Under the pieces are notes generated by a model. That model saw nothing but the letters and a program-made list of their open reading frames with translations, made no database searches and had not been told where the DNA came from. Shown here piece by piece: positions 17,994 through 26,353 of a DNA stretch of 64,000 nt. This DNA comes from Vicinamibacterales bacterium (GTDB lineage: Bacteria > Acidobacteriota > Vicinamibacteria > Vicinamibacterales > JAMQPK01). How positions within the stretch are numbered: position 1 is the stretch's first letter; every line of letters begins with the position of its first letter. The translations under genes were made by a program, and so were the position numbers. The stretch is taken from positions 61,963 to 125,962 of the forward strand of contig CAWGDY010000034.1 of NCBI GenBank assembly GCA_963821395.1, read 5' to 3'.

Positions 17994-18056
17994 GGATTGG
18001 GGATTAGGGATTGGGTCAGTCGCAAGTCACAAGTCGGCAGTCAGAAGTCGCAAGGC
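17975..18056. repeat. left composite arm: GGGATT array + AGTCGCA-type array
   Basis: ggggattagggattggggattagggattggg + tcagtcgcaagtcacaagtcggcagtcagaagtcgcaagg. An inverted counterpart is at 19030-19113. Confidence 0.7.
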
Positions 18057-18264
18057 GAACCGGTCGTCCCACAGTTCGACGTAGCGCAATCCGATGTGTG
18101 CCTTCGGGCGGACAGGTAACGCTAGGCGACTAAGCATTACTGATGGCGTAAGCTTCGCCTGTCACTAGCGTTCTGAGGGGATTGCTTCGCACTGGCAGGG
18201 CGTGAGCGATGTTCTGGGTAACGGATTGCCGAACGCCACGAGTCTCATCAGAGGAGGCAACCGA

Positions 18265-18627
18265 TTGAAGTGGTCGCTGACCACACTGCCGTTGTTGGCG
18301 CTGTTCGCTTTCGTTGCAGGATGCCAACAAGCTGGGGGGCCGGCCAGAGCGACCGCGCGTCAGCAGGTTCACGAGTTCACGCCAGCTGCCTTCTACAACG
18401 AGTTCTCTCCCACGACGCCGCCAGTTCTTCGTGTCGCGCGGAGACACGAGCGACCAGGACTGACGCAGCCGGGATCGGCCGTGTGTCGGGGACCAGGGAC
18501 ACCAGTCGCAGTGCTGACCGCGCATCGTGTGAACCGCGCCGTCGCCGTCGTGCAACGACACGCGCGCGGCTCGGGTAAAGAAGGATTCCGGAACGAGGCG
18601 TTGAGGGGCGACCCAGCCGCTGATTGA
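18265..18627 (+). pseudogene. decayed lipoprotein gene remnant (possibly acetamidase/formamidase-like N-terminus)
   Basis: GAGGAGG lies 7 nt before TTG at 18265, followed by a lipoprotein signal (M)KWSLTTLPLLALFAFVAGC and ..FYNEFSPTTPPVLRVA. After that the sense is spread over three frames (RGDT / TRTDAAGI..). Family guess is weak. Confidence 0.35.
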
Positions 18628-19029
18628 GCTCGGTCATCACCCATGATCGAGCCCGTAGCGACGAATACACAACGCGCCAAGGGGCGGGGAGCTGAACAAC
18701 GGTCGCGACATTACCAGGGGCGGAGAGGAGTTCAACAAGCCTATCAATCACAACATGAGGGTCTACCTCAAGACCTCAGTGGATCGTGCCAACGCCGGGA
18801 GAAAATCTCGAACGCGCCTCTCTGCTCGACGTTTCAGGGTAGCCCGCTTACTCTCTGGCCAAATGGCTGACGCGCACCTTCACGATGGCGGGGAAGTCTG
18901 GACCTCGATAACAGAGGCGAAGCCGCTCGATAGAGATAACTCCCGATAAACGCCGCTGCGTTTACCGACCGAGTCCCGCCCTCTGTTGTCGCTAAATGGG
19001 TGTAAAGCGCGCCAGCGCATGTGCACACA

Positions 19030-19113
19030 AGGTGCGACTTCGACTTGAGACTGTCGACTTTCGACTTGCGACTTGAGACTGCTAATCCCCAATCCCTAAT
19101 CCCCAATCCCTAG
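19030..19113. repeat. right composite arm (inverted): AGTC-type array + CCCTAAT array
   Basis: The reverse complement tagggattggggattagggattggggattag + cagtctcaagtcgcaagtcgaaagtcgacagtctcaagtcgaagtcgca mirrors 17975-18056. It ends 4 nt from the hydrolase stop. Confidence 0.7.
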
Positions 19114-19116
19114 TTT

Positions 19117-20097
19117 TTAAGTGTGGTGCGTCAGAAAGTCCACGATCTCCCGCTCCGCCCAATACCCGTCGTACCCATTCCGCGCCTCTTCGACAAATCC
19201 GCAATGCCCGCCATGTGCCGTGAGCCGTACCGTGACGTGCGGGTTGCCGATGACGGCGCGCTCCTTGAAAGGTCCGGGCGGAACAAAGGGATCGTCCGCG
19301 GCCGTGATGATGAGCGCCGGCACGTTGATCCTGTCGACGACGCGCATGGCACTCGCGCGGTGGTAGTAGTCGGCGGCATCGCGGAAGCCGTGAAACGGCG
19401 CTGTGTACGCGTCGTCGAAGGCACGAATCGATGTGATGCCGGGCAAGGCGTCCAACGACCACTTGCCCGGCCACGCCCTGGCCTTGCGCCGCATGCGCCG
19501 CTTGAGGTTCCTCACGAAGTGCCACTGGTAGATGGCGTTTTGCCGTTCCTCGAGCGCATCCACGCACACCGCGAGATCCATGGTCGGCGAGACGGCGCAG
19601 ACGGCGCGCAGTTCGCGCGGCGGGTTCGCGCCGAAGTCGCCGGCCAGCTTCAGCGTCAGGTTGCCGCCCAGCGAATAGCCGGCGATCGCAAAGGCCGGAA
19701 GCCCGTCGACCTCGACGAGCTCGCGCATGACGGCGAGCGGATCGCCGGTCAGGCCGGAATGATACAGACCGTCCGACAGACGCTCCGTGCCGCCGCAGTT
19801 ACGCTGGTTGAGGCGAACGGCGTTGAAGCCGGCGGCGAAGGCCTTGTCGGCCAGTCCGCGCACGTAGTGCGCGTCGCTCGAGCTCTCGAGGCCGTGCAGC
19901 GCGATCAGTGTCGGGTGCTCCCACGGTTTCGGCTGCCAGTGACAGTGTGCGAGCACGCGTGTGCCCGGCGCCACATCGAACAGACGAGGTGTGGGGGGCG
20001 GCAGCGCGGGAAACGTGCGCGGGTTGCCCCACGCGTACAACGTCATCCAGTGCCCGCCCTTCCAGCGCGGGAGCGGCGAAAAATCAGCGGAGCTCAT
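19117..20097 (-). CDS. alpha/beta-fold hydrolase (YheT-like)
   Basis: Nucleophile elbow GYSLGGN, later D and H (..AHGGHCGF); length is typical. Confidence 0.85.
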   Translation of the reverse strand: MSSADFSPLPRWKGGHWMTLYAWGNPRTFPALPPPTPRLFDVAPGTRVLAHCHWQPKPWEHPTLIALHGLESSSDAHYVRGLADKAFAAGFNAVRLNQRNCGGTERLSDGLYHSGLTGDPLAVMRELVEVDGLPAFAIAGYSLGGNLTLKLAGDFGANPPRELRAVCAVSPTMDLAVCVDALEERQNAIYQWHFVRNLKRRMRRKARAWPGKWSLDALPGITSIRAFDDAYTAPFHGFRDAADYYHRASAMRVVDRINVPALIITAADDPFVPPGPFKERAVIGNPHVTVRLTAHGGHCGFVEEARNGYDGYWAEREIVDFLTHHT

Positions 20098-21556
20098 AGA
20101 TGCGAAACTGCCCGTTGCGATAGCTCATCGGAAGGTCGACGTCGCGATCGATCACGAGGTAGTCGAGATCGTATTCGGCGGCGAGACGTCGCAGCTGGTC
20201 GGGTGTGAACGTGTCGAAGCCGTGTACGTCTCGAATGCGCCGGAGCAATTCGATCGCGACCTCTCGTGAATATAACGCCAGCGCCAGATCCTTGACTTCT
20301 TCGAGATAGACGTCTCGCTCGCCCGCCACGCGCACGCTCGTCCCGTACTTCCATGCGTGGCCGGGATCGGCCAGCACGTAGGTGTCGGCGGGTGTGCGGG
20401 CGATCCACTTCATGGCATCGTGCCAGTTGTCCTGCGGAAGTCCGACGCGCACGATCGCATTGCCGGCATGCTCGGCGCGGAAGACGTAGACCCCGCGCGC
20501 GACCGCCGCGGCCAGAAGCACCACCACGATGACGCGGCGAGCCAGCCGCGATTCGGCCGACTCGGCCAGGAGCCACGCAATGTAGATGGCCGCGAGGAAG
20601 TCGAGCATCCAGAACACGCGCGAAATCTGCACTTGCAGCGCGAGCGCCACCCCCGCGACCATGAGCGGCCACACCAGCAGAAACAGCACCAGGAGCGCCG
20701 CACCTCCGGCGAGCAACCCGACCTCGCGCGGCAGCGCGACGCCGCGACGGCGCCTCATGTTATGTATGACGCCGGCGACGGGCAGATAGCTCATGTTGAC
20801 GAGCCAGAACGACGCGTTCCAGTCTGCGGGAAAGATGTAGTCCTTGCCCGCCATGGCCGACGCCCACTGCGGGTCCATCGTGATGAGGTGGCCGCGCAAG
20901 GGTCCGAGCGTGACGGCCCACGCCGCGGCGATCGCGGCGGCACCGACGCCCGCGGCGACGGGTATGCGCCACCGGCGATCCGAAACGAAGAGCGCGACGC
21001 CGATCCAGATGCCAAACCAGAGTGCCGTCGTGGGATGGATCGCAAACGCGATCACGACCAGCGCGACGGCCACCGCGTTTCTGCCGCGCAGGTAGGCGGC
21101 GATCGCGGACGCACCCAGCGCGAACGCGAGCATTCTCGGCTGGAAATACGCCTCGAGCGAGTTGGCTCCGGTCTGCGTGATGCGATGGCGCAGCGTCATC
21201 AGCGTGGCAAAGAGCACGACGGTCCACCACGATCGGAACAGCACACCTCCGATGGCGGCAATGGCGCCGAAGAGCACGATGAGGCCGGCAAGGTAACCGA
21301 TGAAGAACAACACGGGAACCGATGTGCCGGTGGCGCGCGCGATCGCCGCGATCGCATCGTCGTAGAGCATGAGCCGATCCTGCGCGTGCAGGATGCCCCG
21401 GTCGCGCGGGAAGAGCTGGGGATCGAGGTGCTGGACGACCGCCGGCACGTAGAACGCCTGATCGCCGACGCCGTAGCGGTAGCCGCCGCAGTTGAGGATC
21501 GCGACCAGACAGAACGCCGCGCAAGCCGCGGCCAGCGCCAGTTTGTGCGTGAGCAA
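20084..21556 (-). CDS. polytopic membrane protein with C-terminal soluble domain (GT-C-like architecture, function unknown)
   Basis: About 10 hydrophobic helices after (M)LTHKLALAAACAAFCLVAIL. TTG at 21556 is the first start after the upstream hairpin. The N-terminal ~280 aa of ORF 20084..22408 is an out-of-frame overlap with the next gene. Confidence 0.6.
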   Translation of the reverse strand: MLTHKLALAAACAAFCLVAILNCGGYRYGVGDQAFYVPAVVQHLDPQLFPRDRGILHAQDRLMLYDDAIAAIARATGTSVPVLFFIGYLAGLIVLFGAIAAIGGVLFRSWWTVVLFATLMTLRHRITQTGANSLEAYFQPRMLAFALGASAIAAYLRGRNAVAVALVVIAFAIHPTTALWFGIWIGVALFVSDRRWRIPVAAGVGAAAIAAAWAVTLGPLRGHLITMDPQWASAMAGKDYIFPADWNASFWLVNMSYLPVAGVIHNMRRRRGVALPREVGLLAGGAALLVLFLLVWPLMVAGVALALQVQISRVFWMLDFLAAIYIAWLLAESAESRLARRVIVVVLLAAAVARGVYVFRAEHAGNAIVRVGLPQDNWHDAMKWIARTPADTYVLADPGHAWKYGTSVRVAGERDVYLEEVKDLALALYSREVAIELLRRIRDVHGFDTFTPDQLRRLAAEYDLDYLVIDRDVDLPMSYRNGQFRIYELR

Positions 21557-21607
21557 CGCTGGCGATTCTATCGGGGTCGGGAGGGGTTTTCCCAATATCG
21601 CGCGGAT

Positions 21608-21653
21608 AAAACGGGGTCGGCATCGCGCGCAAAACCCCTCCCGACCCCGTTTT
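21608..21653 (-). terminator. intrinsic-terminator-like hairpin with U tract, plus competing long-range pairing
   Basis: The minus-strand RNA reads AAAACGGGGUCGG-(20 nt)-CCGACCCCGUUUUAU directly after stop 21652. The first arm can instead pair perfectly (19 bp) with 21572-21590. Confidence 0.55.
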
Positions 21654-22611
21654 ACTCGACCAGATGACAGTGATAACAACCGACGGCCGCGCGCGAGCGG
21701 TTGTATCCGTACGATCGGGCGAAGTCGTAAGCGGGACGGTGCATCAGCTTCGCCATGCCGGGGAGCACGACCTGGCGCATGTAGGCCGCGGTCGACTGGT
21801 TGCTCTCCTCCGCGAGATATCCATAGACGGCGTTGCGCATCTGCGGGTCGAGCCACGACCGCGCCCGCTCGAGGCCCGCGAGGCGGAGCTCGGGTTCGGG
21901 AAGCGCCCGCACGCCGGGCATCCGCCAGTCTTTCTGGCGCGCGTCGATGCCGTGGCACGTCTCGCACGTCACGTTGTCGGCTCCGCCGACGAGCGGCGCG
22001 AGCACGCGCCGCGCGAACGGCATGACGTCGTGCTCCATGAAGGCGGAGATTTCCTCGGTGGTCCGGTGATGGCCATCCGGGAAGATCGGATCGTCGGCGG
22101 CATACACGACCGGTGGCAGGGTGGTGTGCCGGACGAGTCCGACGAGGCCGAAGAGCGACGCACACAACACGGCGGCGGCGAGCGTCAGTCCCCGATGGGG
22201 ATGCAGAATCGAGGGCGCACCAGGGCCGAGCGCCCGGCGAAAGAAATCGGCGTCGAGGTTCCGCCGGTCGTCCCCGAAGAGCTCGGTCGCACGCAGCTGA
22301 AGGATGAGGGCGAGCTCCGGCCCATGGTGAATATTGGCGAGTTCGAGCCCCTCGTCGTCGCGGCGCGAGGCAATCCGAACGGTGCTCGTGCCCAGGGCAC
22401 GTTGCCACCAGGATTGCGACAGGGTGACGCTCTCGATGTCCTCGAGCGCAAGCTCGCTGACCGTACGGTTCTTACGCCGGATGACGATGCGAAAATCTGT
22501 GAACGCGTAGCGCGTGCGCGGCTGCGAGAGCGATGCGGGGAAGTCCGGACGGGAAGACCAGAGCACCTGCTCCCACGGAAGGGGGAAGATTTCCTCGGTC
22601 TTCATGGTCAT
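21652..22611 (-). CDS. bPH (DUF304/YdbT-like) domain - TM - c-type cytochrome (two CxxCH) fusion protein
   Basis: YAFTDFRIVIRRKNRTVSELALEDIESVTL (bacterial PH-like), TM LTLAAAVLCASLFGLVGLV, heme motifs CETCH and CYHCH. Confidence 0.6.
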   Translation of the reverse strand: MTMKTEEIFPLPWEQVLWSSRPDFPASLSQPRTRYAFTDFRIVIRRKNRTVSELALEDIESVTLSQSWWQRALGTSTVRIASRRDDEGLELANIHHGPELALILQLRATELFGDDRRNLDADFFRRALGPGAPSILHPHRGLTLAAAVLCASLFGLVGLVRHTTLPPVVYAADDPIFPDGHHRTTEEISAFMEHDVMPFARRVLAPLVGGADNVTCETCHGIDARQKDWRMPGVRALPEPELRLAGLERARSWLDPQMRNAVYGYLAEESNQSTAAYMRQVVLPGMAKLMHRPAYDFARSYGYNRSRAAVGCYHCHLVE

Positions 22612-22706
22612 TTCCAATTTACGCCACCGCCCAGACACGTGGCAAGGCACGAAAGTGCGCAAACTCCCTGCAGTCCTACGGAAGACTGCCGATAGACACG
22701 AATGAC

Positions 22707-22922
22707 ATGATGTGGATTTTTGAACGCCAGGGCGAACACATGCGGTGCGAAATCCGCCGGGACGGCAACGGCGCGGGTTACGAGATGGTGGTGACCCACC
22801 CCGACGGGTCCGAGCGCATGGAGCGGTTCGACGACACGACCGATCTCATCAAGCGCTCGCTCGATCTGCAGCGCGAATTGCTCGAGACCGGCTGGCGGCA
22901 GCCGATGCCCTCGATGCCCTAA
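22707..22922 (+). CDS. hypothetical small protein
   Basis: MMWIFERQGEHMRCEIRRDGNGAGYEMVVTHPDGSERMERFDDTTDLIKRSLDLQRELLETGWRQP; protein-like composition, no family recognised. Confidence 0.45.
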   Translation: MMWIFERQGEHMRCEIRRDGNGAGYEMVVTHPDGSERMERFDDTTDLIKRSLDLQRELLETGWRQPMPSMP

Positions 22923-23478
22923 AAGCTAACCTTAGGGGCCTGCCGCGCCGACTCCGGCGCTTCGAACAGCGGATAATCCTTGAAACTGAAGACCTTGGCG
23001 GTGACGATGCCCGGAAACTGGCGCCGGCTCGTGTTGTACTCCTGCACGCGCTCGTTGTAGCGCATCCGTTCGACCGCGATGCGGTTCTCGGTGCCCGACA
23101 GTTCGTCGGACAGGCGGTTGAACTGCTCGTTGGCCTTGAGGTTGGGATAGTTCTCGACGATGACGAGCAGCCGCGCCAGGGCGGCGCTCTGCTGATTGGC
23201 CGCATTGATCGTGTCGGCCGGCGTCTGCGCGCCCGACAGCTTCGAGCGCGACTCGGCAATCTGCTGGAACACTTCCTGTTCGTGTGACGCGTAGCCCTTC
23301 ACGGTCTCGACGAGGTTCGGGATGAGATCGTTGCGGCGCTGCAGCTGGTTCTGCACCTGCGCCCACTGCGCCTTGACCCCTTCTTCCTGGGAGACGAAGC
23401 GGTTGTAGGAACAGCCGGACAGGAGCGTCGCTGCCACAGCACTGACAGGAGCGCGATGCGTCGAGTGAACATTGCCAT
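22919..23478 (-). CDS. lemA: LemA family protein (probable 1-nt deletion in the signal-peptide region)
   Basis: NQLQRRNDLIPNLVETVKGYASHE..VENYPNLKAN..RMRYNERVQEYN. The upstream frame encodes MAMFTRRIALLSVL, which joins VAATLLSGC (lipobox) only after a frame change near 23437. Confidence 0.8.
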
Positions 23479-23653
23479 ATCATGATTCTACCGTCATAAT
23501 CCCGCCGAATGAACCGCGGCGATGCGGTGGGACGATATCGCATCGAATCGCCGCTGGGCGGAGGCGGGATGGGGCCTGGTCTTTCTCGCCGAAGACCTCA
23601 CGCTGGGCCGCAGACAACAAGCACGTCGTGTTTCTCTCTATTCAAGGCGCAAG

Positions 23654-23682
23654 CCAGGCAGGGCTGAAGCCCTGCGCTACCG
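23654..23682. repeat. REP-like family A copy (reverse orientation)
   Basis: ccaggcagggctgaagccctgcgctaccg. Confidence 0.65.
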
Positions 23683-23704
23683 AAGTCACAGTCGCCGGTG
23701 TTCC

Positions 23705-23785
23705 GCAATCTTGCCGTCAGCAATCTTCAATCAATCTGCCAATCTACCAATCTCACAATCTGCGAATTCACGATTCACCAACTCG
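23705..23785. repeat. CCAATCT-family array at the 3' end of the TPM gene
   Basis: caatcttgccgtcagcaatcttcaatcaatctgccaatctaccaatctcacaatctgcgaattcacgattcacc. Confidence 0.6.
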
Positions 23786-24614
23786 CTCCACCTCCACCAC
23801 CGCCGCTCCGTCCTCCACCGAATCCGCCAAACCCGCCTCCGAACCCGCCGCCGCCGATGCGTCCGCCGCCGCCGAACGGGCCGGCGCCGCTGTTCCAGCC
23901 GCTCCACGATCCGCCGCCCCAGTAGGGCGGTCCGCGCCGCATGCGCGATCGGCGGCCGCCGCCACCGCTGTTGCTGATCACGATGATGAGGATGATGATG
24001 GCGAGAACGACCCACGGGCTCACCTGGCTCACGCGCGGGATGACCTGGTTCGCCGGCTGCGGCACGCCGGTCAGCGTCACGCCGCGTCCCTGCGCGATGC
24101 GCGCGATGATGCGTGTCGCGCCGGCCAGCAGGCCAGGGCCGTACTCCCCGCGCACGAAGTACGGCCGCATGTCGTCGCGGCTCACCTCGCCCGAGAAGCC
24201 GTCGGTGATGAACTGCTCGACGTCGTAGCCGACTTCTACCCAGACGTCGCGATCCTTGACCGCAAGCAGGATGAGCAGGCCGTTGTCTTTGCCCTTGGCA
24301 CCGATGCCGCGCCCGCGGTTCTCGAACATCCTCACCGCGTATGCGCGAATGTCGGCGTACGGCGCGAACGTGTCGATCGTGGCGACGACCACGACATCGC
24401 CGCTCGCTTGCTTCAGGGCCAGGATGCGCCGCTCGATTTCCGCTTCGCTGTCAGCATCGATGACGTTCGCGAAATCGTTCACCGGGCGCGTCAGCTCCGG
24501 TGGCGGGCGTTGCGCGTAGACAGATGCGATGAGTGCGATAGGTGCGAGCACCGTCAACGTGATGCACGCGACATCGACGCCGCGAGCCGCGATGCGCGGG
24601 TTCGGCTGCAGCAC
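23775..24614 (-). CDS. TPM-domain (YgcG-like) membrane protein with Gly-rich tail
   Basis: VNDFANVIDADSEAEIERRILALK..GLLILLAVKDRDVWVEVGYDVE, a TM helix, then a GGGGxGG tail. Adjacent to lemA, the usual pairing. Confidence 0.85.
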   Translation of the reverse strand: MLQPNPRIAARGVDVACITLTVLAPIALIASVYAQRPPPELTRPVNDFANVIDADSEAEIERRILALKQASGDVVVVATIDTFAPYADIRAYAVRMFENRGRGIGAKGKDNGLLILLAVKDRDVWVEVGYDVEQFITDGFSGEVSRDDMRPYFVRGEYGPGLLAGATRIIARIAQGRGVTLTGVPQPANQVIPRVSQVSPWVVLAIIILIIVISNSGGGGRRSRMRRGPPYWGGGSWSGWNSGAGPFGGGGRIGGGGFGGGFGGFGGGRSGGGGGGASW

Positions 24615-24662
24615 ATATCCCGAATCCCGAATCCCTCAATCGGCCTGGCGTCAGAATCATCA

Positions 24663-25251
24663 TCAATGGCTCCACCGATCGACGTATTCGACGATGCGCT
24701 CGGCGGCGCGGAGGGCGTCGGGAAATCCCTTTTCGAAGTTCTCGAGCGCCAGCTGGGTGACCAGCGCCTTCGGCGCAATCCCTTCGAGCCGGGCCACGTT
24801 GGTGACGAGCGCGCGAAACGGCTCGACCGCGGCCGCCACGAGCCTTGTGATGGCCTTCTGGTCGCCGGCGGCCTCGATGTAGCCCTCACGCAGATGCAGG
24901 ACATGGCCGCGTGCCTGCACTTCGCACGCGCGCCGCAGTTCCTGTTTTGGAATGATGACGTCGGTCGAGCACGTCGGTACCGGCGACCACCCGGCGCGTG
25001 GCGATGATCTCGCTCAGCTCGAGCGGAAACACATCGAGCGCGCGCGGCAGCTCCTCTTCGACGATGAACAGCGGCACTTCCAGTCCGAGCTTGTTCCATT
25101 TCGATCCATGCTCGGCGCAGCGATCGAGGTCGTCGAGCGTCAAAGTCTGCACGATCGCGCAGGTGTGGGTATGACCGCCGAACGACGCGACCATCTTGAG
25201 CCGCTCGCCGAAGATGTCCTTCAGCTGCGCGGCCAGCGTGTCGATGCTCAT
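24663..25251 (-). CDS. nucleotidyltransferase-like (KNTase-type) protein, +1 frameshift
   Basis: ORFs 24886..25251 and 24663..24920 join as ..RRVVAGTDVLD|DVIIPKQELRRACEVQARGHVLHLREGY.. after removing one C near 24962-66. Span is 589 nt (3n+1). Family call is tentative. Confidence 0.5.
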
Positions 25252-25267
25252 AAGTGCATTTAGTATG

Positions 25268-25318
25268 TTCAGTCATCGGTTATCAGTCATCAGTTATCAG
25301 GCGTCAGTCGTCAGTTGC
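25268..25318. repeat. direct tandem array (CAGTCATC/CAGTTATC units) in a divergent promoter region
   Basis: ttcagtcatcggttatcagtcatcagttatcaggcgtcagtcgtcagttgcc; no inverted partner seen. Confidence 0.55.
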
Positions 25319-25346
25319 CGATCGGCAGGCACGGTAAACGGTTAGA

Positions 25347-26318
25347 ATGCTTCTCTCGATGAAGATGCGGCAGCTGAACGTCGGGTGCTTTGGCGGTGGC
25401 ACCGGTCTGCCCAGCCTGCTCGGCGGTCTGAAGAACAATCCCTGGCTGCGCCTGAACGCGGTTGTGACGATGTTCGACAGCGGCGGCAGCTCGGGGCAGC
25501 TGCGCGACGAGCTGGGTGTGCTGCCGCCGGGCGACGTGCTCAAGTGTGCGCTGGCGCTTGCGCGTAACGAAGCCGAAGCCCGCCGCGTGCTGCTGTCACG
25601 CGTGCCCTCGATCGACCCGCGGCTCGCCGGTCACACCGGCGGCAACCTGCTGTTGTCGATGATGGAGCGGTACAGCGGCGACTTCCTGTCGGCGGTCGAC
25701 GGGTTGCGCGCGCTGCTGGGCTGCAGCGGCAATGTCTGGCCGGTGACCGTCGAGCGCGCCAGCGTCTGCGCCGAGTACAGCAACGGGACGCAGACCCGCG
25801 GCGAGGTGGAGGTCGATCGCGGTCAGAGCAGCGGGCAGTTTGTCCGGCGCATCTGGCTCGAGCCGGCGGTCCAGATTCATCCGTCCGTCAACGAGGCCAT
25901 CCGCGAGTTCGACGCCGTCATCATCGGGCCGGGCAGCTTCTATACGAGCCTGATGCCGATCTTCCTCGTCGAGGGCGTGCGCGACGCGCTGCAGCAGGTG
26001 CACGGGCCGGTGATTCTCGTGGCCAACCTGCTGACCGAAGGCAGCGGCATGAACGGATTTACCGCCGGCCATGCCGTGCGTCAAATCGCCGACGCCATCG
26101 GCCGGCCGGTCGATGTGGTCATCCAGAATGCCGCCGTACCCTCGCTCGACGTGCTGGCGCGCTATGCGGCCGAAGAGAAGCATCCGCTGCAACTGGGCAC
26201 GTTGCCGGAAGAGACGGAGTTGATCGAGGGCGACTTCTGGCAGGACGAGATCGCGCGCCACGGACGCAGAAGGCTCTCGACGGCCGTGTGGCTGGCGTTG
26301 GGGAATCGGTTGCTATAG
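25347..26318 (+). CDS. YvcK/CofD-family (UPF0052, gluconeogenesis-factor-like) protein
   Basis: GCFGGGTGLPSLLGGLK..VVTMFDSGGSSGQLRDELGVLPPGDVLKC. Confidence 0.85.
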   Translation: MLLSMKMRQLNVGCFGGGTGLPSLLGGLKNNPWLRLNAVVTMFDSGGSSGQLRDELGVLPPGDVLKCALALARNEAEARRVLLSRVPSIDPRLAGHTGGNLLLSMMERYSGDFLSAVDGLRALLGCSGNVWPVTVERASVCAEYSNGTQTRGEVEVDRGQSSGQFVRRIWLEPAVQIHPSVNEAIREFDAVIIGPGSFYTSLMPIFLVEGVRDALQQVHGPVILVANLLTEGSGMNGFTAGHAVRQIADAIGRPVDVVIQNAAVPSLDVLARYAAEEKHPLQLGTLPEETELIEGDFWQDEIARHGRRRLSTAVWLALGNRLL

Positions 26319-26353
26319 ACACAGGAAAATAGAGGATTGAGAAGGATTAGGGA

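Noticed and set aside
17975-18015. TTAGGG-containing arrays considered as telomeric or eukaryotic sequence.
   Set aside because: The unit is a 7-mer (TAGGGAT). The arrays are 30-40 nt, internal, and flanked by bacterial genes with RBSs.
20084-22408. 774-aa ORF taken at face value.
   Set aside because: Its first ~280 codons are an Arg/Pro-rich out-of-frame overlap of the bPH-cytochrome gene. A hairpin/terminator and a TTG start at 21556 delimit the real membrane protein.
23698-23925. Proline-rich 75-aa plus-strand ORF (PPPPPLRPPPNPPNPPP).
   Set aside because: It is the antisense of the Gly-rich tail of the TPM-domain protein.
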